Shown here: positions 58,928 to 64,000 of the stretch, piece after piece
How positions within the stretch are numbered: position 1 is the first letter of the stretch
Layout of the letters: the number at the start of each line of letters is the position of its first letter
Virus record (IMG/VR): IMGVR_UViG_3300033463_000034
Direction: 5' to 3' (one strand)
Length of the DNA stretch: 64,000 nucleotides
Origin: a virus
Taxonomy: Duplodnaviria; Heunggongvirae; Uroviricota; Caudoviricetes
Program-made: the position numbers and the translations under genes
Notes under the pieces: model-generated
Told to the model about the DNA's origin: nothing
The model's input: the letters and a program-made list of their open reading frames with translations, nothing else
Databases searched by the model: none

Positions 58928-58962
58928 CATAAAAAAAACGCGGAAATAACTCCGCAATCTTT
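58928..58962. terminator. bidirectional terminator
   Basis: Stem gcgga/tccgc (with flanking pairs), followed by T-runs on both strands. Confidence 0.45.
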
Positions 58963-58970
58963 TTTATTTA

Positions 58971-59405
58971 TTATTTTTCTTCATTTTCAGGAACTTTTAC
59001 TTCCCAAGTAATTTCTTCATTATTAGCTTTTACAGTTAATAATTGACCAATTCCTTCTAAAGCCTTTTTTCCTTGTGCTATTATAGAATTGATTACAATA
59101 CCTAATACTGCAACTGTACTTAAAGTATTCAAAGTATCACTTGCAATAAGTTGAATTCCATATACATTAGTAATCATATCATTAACAAAAGGTAACATTG
59201 TGAAAGCTATAGATAATAAAGCTGAACAAATATAGAATACTATAGCTTTTAAAATTCCTTTAAAGAAAACTTTTCAAGAAAAACTTTCTCCCTTTTTATT
59301 AATATTAAATATTACACCACAAACAGTATTAATTGTTACTAAAATTCCTAAAACAACTCCTAACCAACCTACTATTTGTAATGTAGACATTATAGCTTCA
59401 TACAT
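58971..59405 (-). CDS. holin-like membrane protein (3-4 TM segments), about 144 aa; 1 in-frame TGA
   Basis: RBS GGAGGTAAAG upstream. Hydrophobic segments LQIVGWLGVVLGILV, AIVFYICSALLSIAF and AVLGIVINSII. Sits directly downstream of the lysin. Confidence 0.5.
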
Positions 59406-59418
59406 AAAACTTTACCTC

Positions 59419-60840
59419 CTATAATTTTTTTAAGGCATCAGCTTGATAAAATCCAGTAGTACCAGTATTATTACCAACTTGATATGGATAAGGTTTACCA
59501 TTCCAAATTTTTAATATTTGTCTTGTCCAGCCAATACCATAAGCAGTATTACAATCTCCATAACAAGAACCATTACCAGTGCCTATAATTTGAACTTTAT
59601 CTCCAACTTTTAATTCTTCTGGTTTTGGTGGTACAGGTGTTGGAGTTGGTTCTGGATCTACATAAGGACTAATAGAATCTTCAGCCATCCAACCTAAATC
59701 TCCAGTAGTATTATATGGATAAGGATGTCCCCATGCAATTCTAGTAATATTAGTTACTTTATTATGCGCAGTTTTACCAGGATATTTTCCATCTGCGGTT
59801 CCATATAATTGACCATTAATAATAACCTTATCCCCTATATTATATTTAGGAGTAGGTTGTGGTTGTGCAGGATAAATAGTTGTCCATTCATCACTTGAAG
59901 CTATCCATTGTTCATCTGCAATTCTATACCATATATAACCTGATGCTTCCGCAGTTTCATAATAATTATAATATCCAATATGAGCAAATCCTAAAACTTC
60001 TTTATCAGTTCCAGCACCTTTTCTAACTCTTAAATTAGATATTTTTACTTCTATTTGATCTTTATAAATATCTCTATCTACATTTGGAGTAATTGGTGAT
60101 TCTCCACCATCAACCCATTTTTGTACGTCATCTGGTAAATAAATAAAACATCTAAATGTATAAGCAGATCCTTGTCCCCATCTACCATTTTTATTAGATC
60201 TTGTTGTATTTCTAAATGTATAAGAATTATATCCTGATTCAGAAACATAAATCGAACCATCTGCATTAATTCTTTCTACAACAGCAACATGTCCAGCCCC
60301 ATCTTTACTAGCTAAAGAGCCTTTTTGCCATACTATAATAGCACCAACTTTTGGAGTTGATCCAGTTTTTAACCCAGCTGGGATAGCTCTTTCAGGGAAG
60401 TTTTCTGCATTACAATTTAATGTTTTATAAGTACATCCAGTTGTATTTCTTGCTTCGTTAATAATTTCATTAAAACGACCTGAAGCATATCCAACACAGT
60501 TTGCTAATACATTAGCTTCTGGATCTTTTGGTTTACCTAAAATACAAGTATTCCATCCACCTGTTCCAGCCTTTATAAAGTTTTTATTATTTTTTGGTTT
60601 AGTAGTTCTCATTGAAAACCCACTAGCTCCAATACCTTCTTGCTCTTCTTCATTAACATTTTCTATTGAAATAATATCTTCCATATCATCTTGTTCTTCT
60701 TGAGGATCTGTATTAAATAAATATTGTACATCCTCATCATCAATATCATCTCTTAAGAAGGCTTTAGCTACCATATGTTGTACTTCAATAGGAGCCATTT
60801 CAACTCTAGCTATTCTTTCTTCTGAAGTTAATTGTGCCAT
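59419..60840 (-). CDS. peptidoglycan hydrolase: CHAP amidase/peptidase domain plus two SH3-like wall-binding domains, with an acidic N-terminal extension
   Basis: CHAP Cys/His region GGWNTCILG...NCVGYASG...AGHVAVVE. SH3_5-like GDKVIINGQLYGTADGK and GDKVQIIGTGNG. Confidence 0.65.
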   Translation of the reverse strand: MAQLTSEERIARVEMAPIEVQHMVAKAFLRDDIDDEDVQYLFNTDPQEEQDDMEDIISIENVNEEEQEGIGASGFSMRTTKPKNNKNFIKAGTGGWNTCILGKPKDPEANVLANCVGYASGRFNEIINEARNTTGCTYKTLNCNAENFPERAIPAGLKTGSTPKVGAIIVWQKGSLASKDGAGHVAVVERINADGSIYVSESGYNSYTFRNTTRSNKNGRWGQGSAYTFRCFIYLPDDVQKWVDGGESPITPNVDRDIYKDQIEVKISNLRVRKGAGTDKEVLGFAHIGYYNYYETAEASGYIWYRIADEQWIASSDEWTTIYPAQPQPTPKYNIGDKVIINGQLYGTADGKYPGKTAHNKVTNITRIAWGHPYPYNTTGDLGWMAEDSISPYVDPEPTPTPVPPKPEELKVGDKVQIIGTGNGSCYGDCNTAYGIGWTRQILKIWNGKPYPYQVGNNTGTTGFYQADALKKL

Positions 60841-60841
60841 A

Positions 60842-61078
60842 TTAATTTTCCTCCTTTTCTATTATATCTGCGGAAGGAACCGCTTGTTCTTCTTGAACCT
60901 CTTCTTTAGATTCTTGAGCGGCCGCCGCATTTTGTTCTCTTTCTAATTGAAGTTGCTGATTATAAAGACTAGTAACTTCATTCATTATATCTTTCATTAC
61001 ATAATATATTACATCAATACTTAAACCCGATTGATTTAATACTTTTGTAATATTTACTCTTAAATCATTTAAAATCAT
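60842..61078 (-). CDS. hypothetical acidic protein (contains the GCGGCCGCCGC Ala4 stretch)
   Basis: 78 aa. Poly-Ala encoded as gcg gcg gcc gct. Confidence 0.4.
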   Translation of the reverse strand: MILNDLRVNITKVLNQSGLSIDVIYYVMKDIMNEVTSLYNQQLQLEREQNAAAAQESKEEVQEEQAVPSADIIEKEEN

Positions 61079-61103
61079 TTTTTACCTTCTTTCTTTTGTA
61101 TTT

Positions 61104-64000
61104 TTAAGTATTACAAATTAATCCATGTCTAATCTTATAAGCAGTGCCATTAATATTTATTGATATATCATTAGCAGCTTGATTTCCTTTTACTATTATT
61201 TGACCTATATCAGTTCCAAAATTAAAAGTATAAGTATTTAAATAAATACCTGTACCAGCTGTTAAAGTAATACTATTAGTTGTAGTTGCTCTTTGAATAA
61301 TACGTGTATTTCCATTAATTAAGATTCCTCCATTGTTATCAGATAAATCAGAACGAATTTTAATTTCACCATTACTACCATCAACATTTAAACCAGATAC
61401 TTGAGGATGTTTAGTGCTAACTCCCATTCTAAAATAATAAGTACTGTTTCCTAAACTTATTCCATCAGTACCAACATATATTCCTTGGGTATTACTTGTC
61501 CTAGAATTTTTCTTATTGTATAAAGATGAACCTGTAATAGTAAAACCACCTATTGTACCCATCCTTGAAAAAATAGCTCCATCATGTCCTACTCTAAAAG
61601 GGGCACTTGCTGAACTTCCTTGTTCTGCTCCAGCTCAAAATGCTCAATCTGTATGATCTGGTTCTGAACACATACCAACTTGACTTCCATATAATCTTCA
61701 TTCATCTATTGTATATCCACCAATTTTACCTGATCTAGCTGTTAAAGCTCCTGCTGTAGTTACTTGAAATGGATTTCCTAAAGTAGAATCATAAGCTCCT
61801 AAAGCAATTCCATCAGTACCTATATAAAAACCATTATTGGTATTATTAAATGATGATTTACTTCCTGAATAAATTGAACTATTTGAAGTATTATTTGTAC
61901 CAATATTAATTTTATTAGTTCCATCTCCAAAAGTTCCAGTTTTAGCATTTATTGTTCCAGTAATTTCTGCACTTGAAGCATATAATCCACCATTATGACT
62001 AACTTTAAATTTAGCATTTGTTTCTGAAGTACCATTTTTACTATTTGTTTCTCCAGCTCAAAATGCATACTTTGCAGTATCAGAACTCATACCTGTTTTA
62101 TTATCTACATAAATTCTTGTTGCATCAATAGTTCAACCACCTATTTTACCATTTTCAGCAGTTATTGTTCCTTTTATATTAGCATTTGCAGCAAATAAAT
62201 TACCAGCAGAATTTACCCCAAAATTATCTCCTGCTTTAAATACTATACTATTATGACTTTCATTACCAATAACAACATTATCTAAACCTGTAGTTCCTAA
62301 ATATAAATTATTATTTGTAGTATATAAAGCACTATTACTTAATGTCCAGCCACCTATTTGTCCAGCACCAGCATAAATAGTCCCATGTATTAATGCATTA
62401 TCAGCTTCTAATAAACCATTTTTACTAATTTTAACATAATTATTTGCATGTGTTGAAGTATCTTGAGTACCAATACCAACATTAGTATAAACATATCCAT
62501 CTGAAGTAGATGTATATGTTGTATACGTTTGTTCTACTCCATTTATATCTTTAAATGTTACAGTATCTGTAATCAAATGTCCATCTGAAGATGTTGTTCT
62601 TGTATGTTGTATATCTCCTTGATAAAGAACGCCTAATGCTTCAACTTCATCATCAATAGCATTATTTAATCCATCTACTTTATTTGCTGGAACTGTTACT
62701 CCATCAGCCAAAGTTAAACTTGTTGCTGTAATAGCTCCAGAGATATTTGCCTCTGTTGCATTTAAAACTCCATTATTATTTACACTAAATTTATCACTAC
62801 CAAATTTTATTTCAGGAGTAGTAAAATCAATTAACATACCACTTATTCCAGGTACATAATTACCAGATTGAATTTTTGCTGTGTTATTAGTTGGATCTAA
62901 AATAATTTGTCCAGCCCCAGCTTTACCAAATTCAGCTTTACCTGTATTTGCATCTAAAAAGATTGTTCTTTGACCATTATGATAACCAAATAATCCTTCT
63001 TCTGCATTATCTCTGCCAGATTCTTTTACTGAACCCATTAACACTCCAGTAAATTGATTAGCATTATTTTTCTTTCCTGCACCAACTTGAGGAGCTAATA
63101 TTGCACCTAATTCATCATTAAGTGTAATTTTATTCCCATCTCAATCATTAAGTGCAGCAATACCATATTTATATAAATATAAATGAACAGGAATATGAAT
63201 TGAACCAATATTTGTTAAATTAGAATCTTGTAAATTGGCATGAATTGTATTATTTATACATTCTCCATCATATTCTTCATTTGGAATAAAAAATTTTGAA
63301 TTTCCTGTCAAATCATTTTCTTTTGTTAAATATTCTTTATTTATTCAAGTAGTTCCATTATAAATACTTCCTGAAGAAGACCAATTATAAATAACTTGAT
63401 ATTGATTTTCAATAGTTGAGACATCTTCTCAATAACCATTGATTTTCCTTTTTACTTCAAGAGTAAATGGATGCATATTATCATACTGTGGACTGCGGCC
63501 ATCACTTGTATAAAGAACATATCTAAAACCAGTGCCTTCTACTAATTTTATTTGATATTCATTAATATCATAATTTGCACAAATTAAAGGTAATGTTGCA
63601 TAATATTTTTGTCCTAAATATTTAATTTCCGCTTTTATAATATTTGCATCGGCATTATTATAAGTACCATTATAAGTAAAATCTCCATTATTATCAATAT
63701 TTATTGAACTACTATTTTCAATTTCATTTGTATATTTATTTTTTAAAATAGACCATTTTAAATCTATACCAGCTATAGCATCAGATTGATATCCTTCTCA
63801 AATTTTATTTCCGCTTTTCCATAATTGAACCTTAAATCATTTTTTAGCAACTGCTATTGAATAATTTGGAGTTCCATTAATTAACATTGGATAATCTTTA
63901 AAATCTTCATCTGTTGTATTTAGTACTATTTTACAAATTACTTCAGAACCATTAGTTCCAGGTTCTCCCTCTTTTATAAAATTAAAAGTTGTTTTTGCTT
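61104..64000 (-). CDS. large tail protein with repeated G[KT]IGG[WYF]TI motifs (fibre or tail-associated); 5' end lies beyond the window
   Basis: Track ORFs 61104 and 62133 share a frame and are joined by TGA. Coding continues to the window edge. Confidence 0.5.

Noticed and set aside
1-64000. Mollicute (Mycoplasma or Spiroplasma) host, because of code 4 and low GC
   Set aside because: The phage encodes a CHAP+SH3 peptidoglycan hydrolase and a holin. Wall-less hosts would not need these.
1-64000. CRISPR array or other long direct repeats
   Set aside because: No regularly spaced repeats were seen. The repeats present are short motifs or intragenic protein repeats.

Overview
This window is AT-rich DNA (about 27% GC by eye, not computed) from a large tailed phage or prophage. 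TGA is read as Trp (genetic code 4) in essentially every gene on both strands, so many six-frame ORFs in the supplied track are fragments of longer genes. I re-joined them by reading through TGA; minus-strand gene bounds were set from RBS-start pairs, the ORF-track frames and hand-indexed stop codons.

Positions 1-36.7 kb (+ strand) hold an early/replication module: a T4 Pnk-like kinase with a separate metallophosphoesterase, RNase H, a T4-like two-subunit topoisomerase II, an NAD-dependent DNA ligase split at a domain boundary by an HNH endonuclease gene, a Sak4-like ATPase with a putative SSB, a DnaB-like helicase, a primase, a RecJ/DHH protein, a Dda/RecD-like helicase, a DnaE-type polymerase of about 1317 aa, guanylate kinase, anaerobic RNR NrdD/NrdG, peptide deformylase, dUTPase, a flotillin-like SPFH protein, a Stealth-family phosphotransferase with three glycosyltransferases, and a RuvC-like resolvase. 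Many promoters match the sigma-A consensus TTGAYW-17-TATAAT, and intrinsic terminators are frequent.

A bidirectional terminator at about 36.8 kb separates a convergent minus-strand late module (36.8-64 kb). That module contains a large tail protein with GKIGGWTI repeats, a holin plus a CHAP/SH3 lysin, three fibre genes sharing an N-terminal anchor motif, a tandem LamG lectin, a protein built from repeated EKGSxATDYEPY modules, an FN3/lectin tail protein, a GT2 glycosyltransferase, and two large structural proteins.

Unusual signals: full TGA recoding in a phage whose lysin targets peptidoglycan; a family of NotI-like GC-rich motifs (TGCGGC(GGC)CGC); strong GCGG/CCGC enrichment, also seen in terminator stems; and a surface-polysaccharide modification operon. 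No tRNA, rRNA or CRISPR array was found.
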